From positions 15,534-79,533 of the forward strand of contig CAKOTF010000008.1 of the NCBI GenBank assembly GCA_934120045.1: a stretch of 64,000 bases of DNA, read 5' to 3'. Of this stretch, positions 23,144-32,982 are shown in pieces. Source of the DNA: an uncultured Clostridia bacterium (GTDB lineage: Bacteria > Bacillota > Clostridia > TANB77 > CAG-508). The first letter of the stretch is position 1; each line of letters begins with the position of its first letter. Made by a program: the position numbers and the translations under genes. A model generated the notes under the pieces. That model did no database searches. It saw only the letters and a list, made by a program, of their open reading frames with translations, and was not told where the DNA came from.

Positions 23144-23196
23144 GACTTTTAAAGAAAAAATATAATTAAATTATTATATCCTTTCTTTAAAAGTCT
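23144..23196 (-). terminator. 14-bp hairpin (gacttttaaagaaa/tttctttaaaagtc) downstream of tRNA-Glu, in the ATPase leader
   Basis: Inverted repeat read directly; U-rich on both sides. Confidence 0.4.
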
Positions 23197-23288
23197 CGTT
23201 TACTTTTTTGAAGCTTGTTAACCAGATTCTTTTGAATCGCGGTTGTTGATTAACAATTTAAAACTACTCCCTCTTAAATATAAACTTT

Positions 23289-23363
23289 TGGTGACCCGTA
23301 CGAGAATCGAACTCATGATTCCACCTTGAGAGGGTGGCGTCTTAGCCGCTTGACCAACGGGCC
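23289..23363 (-). tRNA. tRNA-Glu (anticodon CUC)
   Basis: Reverse complement reads GGCCCGTTGGTCAAGCGGCTAAGACGCCACCCTCTCAAGGTGGAATCATGAGTTCGATTCTCGTACGGGTCACCA. The backbone is close to Firmicute tRNA-Glu and the anticodon loop is CTCTCAA. Confidence 0.85.
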
Positions 23364-23439
23364 ATATTTATAATACTTATTATTTATATCATATTTATTT
23401 TAATTCGTCAATTGTTTTTTACATTTTTCATCAACAATA

Positions 23440-23486
23440 AAAAAGATACCACAAATCATCATTACAATAATTTGTAGTATCTTTTT
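23440..23486 (-). terminator. rho-independent terminator of the HNH gene
   Basis: aaaaagatacCacaaat...atttgtaGtatcttttt, a 17-bp stem with one mismatch, then a U-run on the minus strand. Confidence 0.55.
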
Positions 23487-23487
23487 G

Positions 23488-24180
23488 TTAAAATATAACT
23501 TCTACATTTTCAAGAACAATTGCCGGTATTTCCTTTATCCGATTGTTCCTGGCATAAAGAACAACTGTAAAACCATCAAGAACAAAATTATTTTTATCAA
23601 CAATTATTGGCTTAGGAAACTTACCACATCTAGTATAATATTCATTTATTTTCTTATACTTATTTGTAGTTGTATCTGGCAAATCAATTGTTATAATTAG
23701 ACTTGATACTGGAATTCTACTGATCCATTCTTTTGGTAACATATGTAACCATCTTATTTGGAACATTTTAATTTTAAAGTATTCTCTTTTAAATTGTTCT
23801 TTTGCACCATCATCTTTTAAGCTCATATAAACTCTAAACTGATCAGGTGTCATATTTTCCTTCTCTTCATTACATTTCTTGCAAGAAGGTACCATATTTT
23901 GTGGAATTGTTGGTCCTCCAAGACCTTTAGCATAAACATGGTCTAAAGTTATCTGACTGGGTTCAACAACTCTTCCGCAATAATAGCATTTTCTTTTTCC
24001 TTTCAGTTTATAAGTTAAATCATACATTATATACTCAAATTTAAATGGCCGTTTTTTCAATTTTAACATTGAGTTTTCTTCAAATGCGATAATATCTTTT
24101 TTGGCTGAAAATGTATAACCTTTTGGAACTTCGATAATCATCAAAAGCCCTCCTTCATTTTTAGTTACATAATATAACAA
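23488..24180 (-). CDS. HNH endonuclease fused to a ParB/Srx-like C-terminal domain
   Basis: CYYCGR...LDHVYAKGLGGPT...NMVPSCKKCNEEK is an HNH/zinc-finger motif. The C-terminus ...KPIIVDKNNFVLDGFTVVLYARNNRIKEIPAIVLE is ParB-N-like. The start may be the internal MIIEVPKG. Confidence 0.55.
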   Translation of the reverse strand: MLYYVTKNEGGLLMIIEVPKGYTFSAKKDIIAFEENSMLKLKKRPFKFEYIMYDLTYKLKGKRKCYYCGRVVEPSQITLDHVYAKGLGGPTIPQNMVPSCKKCNEEKENMTPDQFRVYMSLKDDGAKEQFKREYFKIKMFQIRWLHMLPKEWISRIPVSSLIITIDLPDTTTNKYKKINEYYTRCGKFPKPIIVDKNNFVLDGFTVVLYARNNRIKEIPAIVLENVEVIF

Positions 24181-24208
24181 TATAACAAATTTCCAATTTT
24201 GTCAATAT

Positions 24209-24937
24209 TTATTTCATTAGATTTATTGTATTTGATGGTTTTTCAATTCCTTCTAAATTATAATAAGCATTCGGAATGTTTCCAACAATAACATGTTCTG
24301 CAATAATAAATTGATTTACTACATTCTGATTATATCTTTTCATTGGTGTTACAACAGCCATATCACAATTAAAATTAACATATACTCTATGTAATGTTTG
24401 GTTTATTCCTTGTGAGATAAATTCACTTTTTATTTCTGTATCAACACTTCCTGTCATAGAAATTTTTATAGGTATTCTTGGTCCAAATCCTGATAATAGA
24501 TAGTTTCCTGTCAAATTTCCTAATGTTATATAAATTTTTTCTGTTGGTATCTTTTCAAATTCTTGTTGTATTTTTTCAGTCAAGTCTGAAATAATATTAT
24601 TTACTACTGCTACATTTGATTTTATAGCTGATACATTTCCATTTGAATCTTTTTCAATTGTATATAATTCTTCATATTTATATTGATTCATTACTATTGT
24701 TGATTGTTGATTTGTTATAATTGTTGCATTATATTTAACTTTTTCATTACACATTGCTTCATATACTGGTTCTAAATAATCAAATCCAATTTTAAATCCA
24801 TATACTCCAATTAAAATTATTGATATGAATTTTATAATTTTTTTTGCTAATTTTATATTTTTTAAATTGGCATTTTTTCCATAAAATCTGCCAATAGGCT
24901 TTATTATAAACCTTTTTCTTGAATAAATTTTATCCAT
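24209..24937 (-). CDS. yunB: sporulation protein YunB
   Basis: N-terminal TM and a C-terminus (...ISMTGSVDTEIKSEFISQGINQTLHRVYVNFNCDMAVVTP...AYYN) closely matching B. subtilis YunB. Confidence 0.75.
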   Translation of the reverse strand: MDKIYSRKRFIIKPIGRFYGKNANLKNIKLAKKIIKFISIILIGVYGFKIGFDYLEPVYEAMCNEKVKYNATIITNQQSTIVMNQYKYEELYTIEKDSNGNVSAIKSNVAVVNNIISDLTEKIQQEFEKIPTEKIYITLGNLTGNYLLSGFGPRIPIKISMTGSVDTEIKSEFISQGINQTLHRVYVNFNCDMAVVTPMKRYNQNVVNQFIIAEHVIVGNIPNAYYNLEGIEKPSNTINLMK

Positions 24938-24938
24938 A

Positions 24939-26480
24939 TTATATTACTATTGGCTCTTTGGCTCTTTTTAGTACATATTTAGGTATATATATTTTTTCTC
25001 CAATATTAATTTTATCAGGATTTTCAATTCCATTTACTCTAACTATGTCATCAACTGTACTTCCATATTTTTTCGCAATTTTCCATAATGTATCTCCATC
25101 TTTTACAACATATATTATGACACTGTAATCTTCTAAATCATCTTCAGTTTCTTCTGTTATATTATTAATTGCTGGTATCTCAACATTTCTATATGTCAAT
25201 GTTTCAAAATTCAAATCTACATTTGCATCAATTGTTCCACTCTGATTTGTAAATTCTTGTGTTCCAACTTCTATTTTTGTACTTGTATTACAATTGTTTT
25301 CTACTCCTTCTATTGTTTGAGTAAATGGTATTGTTATTGTTTTACTATTTACTCCTATTGTTGATATATCTGTATATATTAAGTTTACTTCCAGCTCTCC
25401 TTCTAATGCTATTTTTCCACTTAATCTATTTTCTTTGGTTATAGATGTTTGTATTGATGTATTTATAATTTCTCCACTTCCTATTTCAGGCATATTTACT
25501 TTTTCTCTTATTTGACATGTATTTTTCAATGTGTTTCTATCTGATGTTGTTTTTAATGTTTTTAAATCATAATTTACTCTTTCACCTGGGCAATATAAAT
25601 CTTGTATTACTTGTATTTCTTTTTCTTCATATGAAATACAATTTATCTCAACTTCAACCTCTAAATAAACTGTATGTTCTTCTATTGAATTTGGTTTTAT
25701 TATTAAATTTTTTATTAAATATGTTGTATCACATATATTTTCTTCTTTGATATCTGGCATATCTATAAAACCAACTAATGGAACTCTGCCTATTGTTTTG
25801 CAAATTCTTCCATCATCTGTTAAATACACAAGTTTTAATTCTATTTCTGATTTTGCAAGTATTTTGTTATAACTTATTTTTATATCTTTATCAACTAAAC
25901 TTATTGTTGCATTTAATATTTCTGCTAAATTGTCTGTATTTGGAATTGATACATTTTCTTTCACATATGTTTTATTATTTCCTTCACATAATAATGAGTT
26001 TATTTTTTCTTTTTTACTTAAAATTTGCATATTAACATCATTTACATTTGTTGTTATTTCCGCTTCTTCATGTAAACGTATTTTTATTGAAATTTCCACA
26101 TTTGCCTTTATTCCTATTTTTCTTCCATTTATTACTTTACATTCAAAATTTTTTATATTTGGTTCAATATCAACAATCATTCCTATTTGTAATTCTGGAA
26201 CAACTATTGTTTCTGAAAAATCAAGTGTTGTATTTAATCCTCTTAAATTATTTTTATCTCCATCTGCTAAATACATTATATATGAAACAATATTTCCTTC
26301 TAATCTTAATTTTCCTTCAAAAACTTCTTTTTTATATATACATATGTTTCCATCTGTATTAATTGTATTTAATATATCTGGCTTTGAGTCTGGAACTATC
26401 ATATCTCCTTGAACTACTATTTGTTCTTTTTTCTCACAAATTATCTTATTAATTTTTATAGTTTCTTTTGTTATATCCAT
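24939..26480 (-). CDS. SpoVID/SipL-like sporulation protein (repeated SPOCS/DUF3794-like region plus C-terminal LysM domain)
   Basis: 513 aa; the C-terminal YVVKDGDTLWKIAKKYGSTVDDIVRVNGIENPDKINIGEKIYIP is LysM. Stop overlaps the yunB start. Confidence 0.5.
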   Translation of the reverse strand: MDITKETIKINKIICEKKEQIVVQGDMIVPDSKPDILNTINTDGNICIYKKEVFEGKLRLEGNIVSYIMYLADGDKNNLRGLNTTLDFSETIVVPELQIGMIVDIEPNIKNFECKVINGRKIGIKANVEISIKIRLHEEAEITTNVNDVNMQILSKKEKINSLLCEGNNKTYVKENVSIPNTDNLAEILNATISLVDKDIKISYNKILAKSEIELKLVYLTDDGRICKTIGRVPLVGFIDMPDIKEENICDTTYLIKNLIIKPNSIEEHTVYLEVEVEINCISYEEKEIQVIQDLYCPGERVNYDLKTLKTTSDRNTLKNTCQIREKVNMPEIGSGEIINTSIQTSITKENRLSGKIALEGELEVNLIYTDISTIGVNSKTITIPFTQTIEGVENNCNTSTKIEVGTQEFTNQSGTIDANVDLNFETLTYRNVEIPAINNITEETEDDLEDYSVIIYVVKDGDTLWKIAKKYGSTVDDIVRVNGIENPDKINIGEKIYIPKYVLKRAKEPIVI

Positions 26481-26599
26481 ATGAATAACCTCCTATATAT
26501 TTTTGTTTATTAATTTATATGGACATTTAATTTATTTTATTACTTTTTTGAATATTTTTTTTATTTTTGTTTATACTATTTTAGTAAGAGGTGATATCT

Positions 26600-26725
26600 T
26601 TGACAAATATCAATTGTTGTTTAGATTGTGTTTATCAAAAAGATGGAAAATGCTCTTATGATATTATTTCTAATATAATAATATGTTCTAATTCTGAATG
26701 TGCATATTATAAAAGTCCCAATTAA
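26600..26725 (+). CDS. unannotated 41-aa cysteine-rich small protein (6 Cys; possibly DUF1540-like)
   Basis: TTG start 6 nt after SD AAGAGGTGA; translation MTNINCCLDCVYQKDGKCSYDIISNIIICSNSECAYYKSPN*. A perfect 11-bp terminator hairpin overlaps the stop. Confidence 0.45.
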   Translation: MTNINCCLDCVYQKDGKCSYDIISNIIICSNSECAYYKSPN

Positions 26726-26750
26726 AGTAAATTTAATTGGGATTTTTCTT
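26716..26750. terminator. bidirectional terminator (tcccaattaaa-gtaaa-tttaattggga + TTTTT)
   Basis: Perfect 11-bp stem; serves the small plus-strand ORF and is placed to terminate spoIIP on the minus strand. Confidence 0.6.
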
Positions 26751-26801
26751 ACACAATAAATATTAGGATTTATAGAATTCATATTACATGAAGTTTCTAA
26801 A

Positions 26802-27965
26802 TCAATTCTTTATTTTTTCAAATACTTTTGCTAAATATTTCATACTTGTTAAACTTTGCTCTAGTGTATTTCCAGTTGAACCAACTTCTATTATTACTGC
26901 TGCTTTTCCTAGATGTTGATTATATCTTGAATTTCTTACTATCATTGGTTTAAACAATCCTGGATACATTTCATTTGCAATTTCTTGAACTTTTATTGCA
27001 AATCTAAGATTGTTTTGCCAATTTGGATGATATAATCCTCCTCCATTTGTTCCTATTACAAACATTAATTGTGATGCAACATCATCACCTATTTTAACAC
27101 TTGGATCATAATCACTTTTACTTCCAATTGCATCTCTGTGTAAATCTATTATTATATCACTTGGATTTTCTTGCAAATCTTTTTTTACACTTTCTAATGA
27201 CCTAGAATATGAGCCTGTATATGCAGGATAATCATGATATGTTTTGTCATGATTTACCTTAAATCCAAATCCAAGTAAATAATTTGTAAGTTCATCTCCT
27301 AATCTTGCAACAGTATAATTTAAATCTGTTGTTCTAAAATTTCCTGTTTGTTCATATGGATATGTTTCACTTGGTGTATAACTTTCACATGTGTGTGTGT
27401 GAAATATTAATATATTATTTTTATCTATGTCTAATTCTGTATTCATAATATCATCTGTTATATCAAATGATGTCTCATTTTTTATTTTTACACCATTTAT
27501 TTCATTGTTAAAACTTTCTGATATTGGATTTTTAGTTACTATTTGTGTTTCTACATTTTCTAATATATTACTTACATCTACATTTGAGTTATTATTATCT
27601 TTTTCTTCTTCAACAGGCTTATTTTCTATATTTTCACTTGGAGTTTCTACAGGATTTTCTTCTATTTTTTCACTTTCTTTTAATCTAGAAAGTTCAACGC
27701 CTAATATTCTTTCTGAAAAGTCTTTTGTATCTTCTTCATTTTCTTCTTTTATTGTTGTATTTGATTTTGAAACAATTTCATTTATAGCAGGTATTTCATT
27801 ATTTAAACAATTTACTAATTTGCTTGATAAATTTATTTTGAAAACTTCTGTTGATTTTAAATTTTGTATAAATCTTGTAACAATAAAAAGCAATATTAAA
27901 GTTACTATTAATATTGCTATTTTTTTTATTGAACCTTTTGCATTTATTATTGTAACATTAAACAT
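26802..27965 (-). CDS. spoIIP: stage II sporulation protein P (amidase-like)
   Basis: ILIFHTHTCESY and IIDLHRDAIG motifs; N-terminal TM and acidic linker. Confidence 0.8.
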   Translation of the reverse strand: MFNVTIINAKGSIKKIAILIVTLILLFIVTRFIQNLKSTEVFKINLSSKLVNCLNNEIPAINEIVSKSNTTIKEENEEDTKDFSERILGVELSRLKESEKIEENPVETPSENIENKPVEEEKDNNNSNVDVSNILENVETQIVTKNPISESFNNEINGVKIKNETSFDITDDIMNTELDIDKNNILIFHTHTCESYTPSETYPYEQTGNFRTTDLNYTVARLGDELTNYLLGFGFKVNHDKTYHDYPAYTGSYSRSLESVKKDLQENPSDIIIDLHRDAIGSKSDYDPSVKIGDDVASQLMFVIGTNGGGLYHPNWQNNLRFAIKVQEIANEMYPGLFKPMIVRNSRYNQHLGKAAVIIEVGSTGNTLEQSLTSMKYLAKVFEKIKN

Positions 27966-28029
27966 ATAACATACCCTTCTTTTGAATTTCTCTTATATAT
28001 ATTATATGTTTATTACAAGTATTTTAGAA

Positions 28030-28677
28030 CTATAATAATCGTGGTTTAAGCTCTAAATAAATTGGCTTTTCTTCTCTTATCATTGTACTTTTCCCATGTC
28101 CTGGATATACAATTGTTTCATCTGGTAATACCATTAATTTTTTGGTAATTGAATTTATTACATCTTCAAAATTTCCTGTTGGTACATCTGTTCTTCCCCA
28201 AGTTCCTCTAAATAATGTATCTCCTGAAAATAATAATTTTTCTTCTTCACAATATAAGCAAGAACCTCCTGAAGTATGTCCTGGTGTGTGTATTACTCTA
28301 AATTCAAGATTTCCTAAATGTATTAAGTCTCCATCATCAACTCTTGAATCAACTTGAATAACTAATCCTTCAAGTCCTATATATGTTGTTAAACTTATAT
28401 TAGGGTCTAATAAATTTTCTGCTGTATTTCTATGTGCTAATATTTTTCCACCTTTTCTTTCTTTTAATTCTTTTACTCCTCCAATATGATCTCCATGACA
28501 ATGTGTTAAATAAATATATTTTAAATTTGCATTTAATATATCTAACATTTCTACAATTTTGTCAACATCTCCTGCAGGATCTATTACCATTGTTTCTTTT
28601 GATTTCTCGTCTTGTACAATATAACAATTTGTTACATCTCCAACCCATGAGTCTATCCTTAGTTCCTTTAATATCAT
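28030..28677 (-). CDS. MBL-fold metallo-hydrolase (glyoxalase II-like)
   Basis: THCHGDHIGG motif; 215 aa. Confidence 0.7.
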   Translation of the reverse strand: MILKELRIDSWVGDVTNCYIVQDEKSKETMVIDPAGDVDKIVEMLDILNANLKYIYLTHCHGDHIGGVKELKERKGGKILAHRNTAENLLDPNISLTTYIGLEGLVIQVDSRVDDGDLIHLGNLEFRVIHTPGHTSGGSCLYCEEEKLLFSGDTLFRGTWGRTDVPTGNFEDVINSITKKLMVLPDETIVYPGHGKSTMIREEKPIYLELKPRLL

Positions 28678-28690
28678 TTTTCTTCTCCTC

Positions 28691-30904
28691 TTATTCCTTC
28701 ATTTTGTTTTTTCTACTTACTTCATATACACTGTCTATTTTACGTAATTCTCTTATTACTTTATTTAGACTTTCTACACTATCTACTTCTAGTGTAACTT
28801 CTGTTATAGCAATTCTTTCTTTTGTTGCCTTTGCATTTACACTTATTAATCTTACTTTTGAGTCATTTAATTTTTGTACTATATCTCCTAATAATCCATT
28901 TCTATCATTTGCAAATATCTCAATTTCAACAGTATATGAACTCTTTTTCTCATCATTATACCATTTTACATCTATTATTCTGTTTTGCTCTTTTAATAAA
29001 TCTGCAACATTTGGACAATCTTTTCTATGAACAGATACACCTCTTCCTTTTGTTATATATCCTATTATTTCGTCTCCTGGTAATGGGTTACAACATTTTG
29101 ATAATTTTACTAAACAATTATCAATTCCTTTTACAATAACACCTGAATCAGATACTTTTGTATTATCTAATTTATTTTTTGCAAGTTCTTCTATTTTTTC
29201 TTCTATTTTTGGTTCTTCTTTATGTTCTTTTCTATATTCTATTAACATTCTTGCAATTATTCTGTTTGCTGTAATTGCTCCAAATCCAACTGCTAAATAC
29301 ATCTCATCTAAATTTTTATATTTATATCTTTCTAACATTGGATTTATATAATCTGTTTTGAAAAGTTCTGCATATGGAATTCCAATTCTTTTTAATTCTT
29401 TTTCAATTAAGTCTTTTCCTTTTTCTATATTTTCTTCTCTTTTTTCTTTTTTGAACCAAGAATTTATTTTGCTTTTGGCAGATGTACTTTTTACAAATTT
29501 TAACCAATCCATACTTGGACCTTTAGAGTTATCTGATGTTAAAATTTCTACGATATCTCCATTTTTGATTGGTGTTATTATTGGAACCATTTTACTGTTG
29601 ATTTTTGCTCCAACCATTTTATTTCCGATTTCAGCATGAATATTATATGCAAAATCTATTGGTGTTGCACCTCTTGGTAATACTTTTATTGCACCCTTTG
29701 GTGTAAATACATATACTTCATCTTCAAATAATTCTGTTTTTAGTGTTTCTAAGAATTGTTGTGGATCTTGCATTTCTTGTTGCCATTCTAATGTTTCTCT
29801 AAGCCATGCTAATTTATCATCTTGTACTTTTACTACTTTTTGTCCTTTTCTACTTCCATAATTTGCTTCTTTATATGCCCAATGTGCAGCAATACCATAT
29901 TCAGCAATTCTATGCATATCCCATGTACGTATTTGTACTTCAAATGGTGTCCCTTTTTCTCCTAATAATGTTGTGTGTATTGATTGATACATATTTGTTT
30001 TTGGAACTGCTATATAATCCTTAAATCTTCCTGGCATTGGACTATACATTTCATGTACTACACCTAATGCTGCATAACAGTCTTTTACAGAATTTACTAT
30101 TATTCTTAATGCAAATAGGTCATATATTTGATCTAATGTTTTATTATCTCTTTGCATTTTTCTATATATACTATATAAGTGTTTTGCTCTTCCTGTAACT
30201 TCTGCCTCAATATGTTCCTTTTTCAATTGTTGTCTTATGTCATCCATTATTTTCTCAATAAATCTTAGTCTTTCTTCTCTTTTTTGCTCTATTCCTTTTA
30301 TTAATTCCTCATATTCTTTTGGATATAAATATTTAAAGCTTAAATCTTCTAATTCCCATTTCATTGAATATAAACCAAGTCTGTTTGCTAATGGTGCATA
30401 TAATTGCATTGTTTCTGTTGATATTGCTATTTGTCTATCTCTTCTTAAAAATTCTAATGTTCTCATATTGTGTAATCTATCTGCTAACTTTATGATTATT
30501 ACTCTTATGTCTTTTCCCATTGCTAAGAACATTTTTCTATAATTTTCTACTTGATTTTCTTCAATTGATGCATGTCCTATTTGTTTTAATTTTGTAACAC
30601 CATCAACCATATCTGCAATTTCTTTTCCAAATTCTCTTTCTATATCTTCATATGTTACCTCTGTATCTTCTACTACATCATGTAAAAGTGCTGCACATAT
30701 TGTTTGTTCATCTAGTCCAAGTTCAGCAATCGTATATGCTACATTTGTTGGGTGTATTATATATGGTTCACCTGATTTTCTTAGTTGTGTCCCATGTTTT
30801 TCTAAAGCATAGTTATATGCTTTTTGTATTAGTTTTACATCTGGCCATCTTTTATTCTTTTTTACTTTTTCAATAATCTCTTTTATTGTATGATTTTCTG
30901 CCAT
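28691..30904 (-). CDS. relA: bifunctional (p)ppGpp synthetase/hydrolase Rel
   Basis: 737 aa with HD domain (HDVVEDT), synthetase, TGS and ACT domains. Confidence 0.9.
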   Translation of the reverse strand: MAENHTIKEIIEKVKKNKRWPDVKLIQKAYNYALEKHGTQLRKSGEPYIIHPTNVAYTIAELGLDEQTICAALLHDVVEDTEVTYEDIEREFGKEIADMVDGVTKLKQIGHASIEENQVENYRKMFLAMGKDIRVIIIKLADRLHNMRTLEFLRRDRQIAISTETMQLYAPLANRLGLYSMKWELEDLSFKYLYPKEYEELIKGIEQKREERLRFIEKIMDDIRQQLKKEHIEAEVTGRAKHLYSIYRKMQRDNKTLDQIYDLFALRIIVNSVKDCYAALGVVHEMYSPMPGRFKDYIAVPKTNMYQSIHTTLLGEKGTPFEVQIRTWDMHRIAEYGIAAHWAYKEANYGSRKGQKVVKVQDDKLAWLRETLEWQQEMQDPQQFLETLKTELFEDEVYVFTPKGAIKVLPRGATPIDFAYNIHAEIGNKMVGAKINSKMVPIITPIKNGDIVEILTSDNSKGPSMDWLKFVKSTSAKSKINSWFKKEKREENIEKGKDLIEKELKRIGIPYAELFKTDYINPMLERYKYKNLDEMYLAVGFGAITANRIIARMLIEYRKEHKEEPKIEEKIEELAKNKLDNTKVSDSGVIVKGIDNCLVKLSKCCNPLPGDEIIGYITKGRGVSVHRKDCPNVADLLKEQNRIIDVKWYNDEKKSSYTVEIEIFANDRNGLLGDIVQKLNDSKVRLISVNAKATKERIAITEVTLEVDSVESLNKVIRELRKIDSVYEVSRKNKMKE

Positions 30905-31181
30905 ATAAATCCCCCCATTGATTTATTTTTTTCTTTCACATTTTACATCTTTTTGTTTTAAATTTAAAGCCTTTTATAAAAATTTTATATATAATTCTAA
31001 ATTAATAACTAAAAATATAAGCTTTTTATTACATTCCTCAACTTATTACAAAATTTAAGAAATTCTAATTTATTTTATGGCACCCTTCCACTAAAGTGAA
31101 CTCTTTCCATAAAATTACATAGAATTTCTAAAATTTTTTCATGCGCATTCGTCATTTCATGCAAAGCTTATATTTTAGTTA

Positions 31182-32870
31182 TTATATTGATTTCATAATA
31201 TCTTTAATATTAATTTGAATACTATCAACACCATTGAATGAATTTATTTCTAAATTTCCTGCAATATCAACTCTATCACCAATTCTATAAGTATCTGTTA
31301 GTGTTCCCATATTAAATCCTATTGCATTAATTATATTTTTATTATCCTTTACAGATAATTTTAAATGTTTTCCATCTGATAGAGATCTTATTGAATCTAT
31401 TTTTAAGTTTCTAAATGCAAATATTGGCATTTTGTTAGCTTCACCAAATGGTTCAAGTTCTTTTAAACTGTCTACCATTTCTTTATTCACATCATCAAGT
31501 TTTATTTCTGCATCAAGATTTAAAATTGGAATTATTTTATCAACTTCTCTTTCTATTGCTATTTTTTCAAATTCTTCTTTAAATTCTTCAATTTTTTCTT
31601 TATTTATATTTATTCCTACTGCCATAGCATGTCCACCAAATTTATCTATTGTGTCATTACATTCCATTAATGCTTCGTGTAAATCAAATCCAGGTATACT
31701 TCTTCCAGATCCTTTACATTTTCCATCTTCTTCACATAATAAAATACTTGGTTTAAAATATAGTTCTGTTATTTTTGATGAAACTATTCCTATAACACCA
31801 TGATGCCATCCTTTTCCAGATACTACTATTGTATTTTTAGTATCAAGTCCTTCTTTTTCTATTTGTTCTATCGCTTCATTATAAATATTTTTTTCTATTT
31901 CTTGTCTTGTTTTATTGTATTCATTAATTTTTTGTGTTAATTCTTTTACTTCATTTTCTTCTTTTGATAATAATAAATTTAATGCTTCTTCTTGATGTCC
32001 CATTCTTCCACATGCATTAATTCTTGGTGCTACCCCAAATGATATTGTTGTTGAATTTATTTTTGAATAACCACAACTTTGCAATATTTCTTTTAATCCT
32101 AAATTTTTTGTTTGCTCTACTAATTTTAATCCTAGTTTTACAATCACTCTATTTTCATCTGTTAATGGTACTATATCTGATATTGTTCCAACACAAACTA
32201 TATCTAAATATTTTAAATATTCTTTTGGGTCTAATCCTAATTTTATGCTTAATGCTTGTATTAGTTTAAATACTACTCCAACACCAGCTAAATTTCTACA
32301 TTCATATTTATTATCTTTTCTTTTTGCATCTACTACTGCTATTGCTTTTGGTAATTCTTCTGCAGGCTCATGATGATCTGTTATAATTGTTTCAATACCA
32401 AATTTTTTTGCATATTCAACTTCTTCTACTGCTGTTATTCCACAATCTACTGTTATCATTAATTTGTTTCCTTGTTTGGCTATTTCTTCCATTGCAGTCT
32501 TATTTAATCCATATCCTTCATTTAATCTGTTTGGAATATAAACATTTACTTGTATTCCTCTTTCTTCAAGAAAACTTTTTAATACTGTTACACTTGTAAT
32601 TCCATCAACATCATAATCACCATATATTATTATTTGTTCTTTATTTTCTATTGCTTTTAATATTCCTTCAACAGCTTTTTCCATATCAGGCATTCCAAAT
32701 GGATCATAAAAATCACTTCTTTTTGGATTTAGAAATTTTGTTATTTCAGTTTCTTCTGTTATTTCTCTATTTGTAAGTAATATCGATAATAATCTATTTA
32801 ATTTGTATTTTTCTTGTAATTCTTCGACTTTTTCTTCATTCGTTTGGTATATTTCCCATTTCTTATTCAT
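31182..32870 (-). CDS. recJ: single-stranded-DNA-specific exonuclease RecJ
   Basis: DHH (ITDHHE) and DHHA1 motifs; 562 aa. Confidence 0.85.
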   Translation of the reverse strand: MNKKWEIYQTNEEKVEELQEKYKLNRLLSILLTNREITEETEITKFLNPKRSDFYDPFGMPDMEKAVEGILKAIENKEQIIIYGDYDVDGITSVTVLKSFLEERGIQVNVYIPNRLNEGYGLNKTAMEEIAKQGNKLMITVDCGITAVEEVEYAKKFGIETIITDHHEPAEELPKAIAVVDAKRKDNKYECRNLAGVGVVFKLIQALSIKLGLDPKEYLKYLDIVCVGTISDIVPLTDENRVIVKLGLKLVEQTKNLGLKEILQSCGYSKINSTTISFGVAPRINACGRMGHQEEALNLLLSKEENEVKELTQKINEYNKTRQEIEKNIYNEAIEQIEKEGLDTKNTIVVSGKGWHHGVIGIVSSKITELYFKPSILLCEEDGKCKGSGRSIPGFDLHEALMECNDTIDKFGGHAMAVGININKEKIEEFKEEFEKIAIEREVDKIIPILNLDAEIKLDDVNKEMVDSLKELEPFGEANKMPIFAFRNLKIDSIRSLSDGKHLKLSVKDNKNIINAIGFNMGTLTDTYRIGDRVDIAGNLEINSFNGVDSIQINIKDIMKSI

Positions 32871-32930
32871 TATAAATTTTGTTCCTTTCCATATAGTAAA
32901 AATTCTAGTCTTATTTTATTCTATAATAGT

Positions 32931-32961
32931 AAAAATAGCAAGAAAATTCTTGCTATTTTTC
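32931..32961. terminator. recA terminator, member of the AATAGCAAG/CTTGCTATT palindrome family
   Basis: aaaaatagcaaga-aaat-tcttgctattttt, a perfect 13-bp stem. Confidence 0.55.
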
Positions 32962-32982
32962 TGAGTTTTTGTAATTTTTAAA

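Noticed and set aside
23289-23363. Alternative identity of the tRNA as tRNA-Gly or a pseudo-tRNA because anticodon CUC is uncommon
   Set aside because: The backbone matches Firmicute tRNA-Glu nearly base for base; the acceptor, D, anticodon and T stems all pair and CCA is encoded. Kept as tRNA-Glu(CUC).
26481-26600. Searched for sigma-E/sigma-K promoters ahead of sporulation genes here and at the small genes near 60.6 kb
   Set aside because: CATA-type -10 candidates exist, but spacing to the ATA or AC -35 elements could not be made to fit convincingly, so no promoter calls were made.
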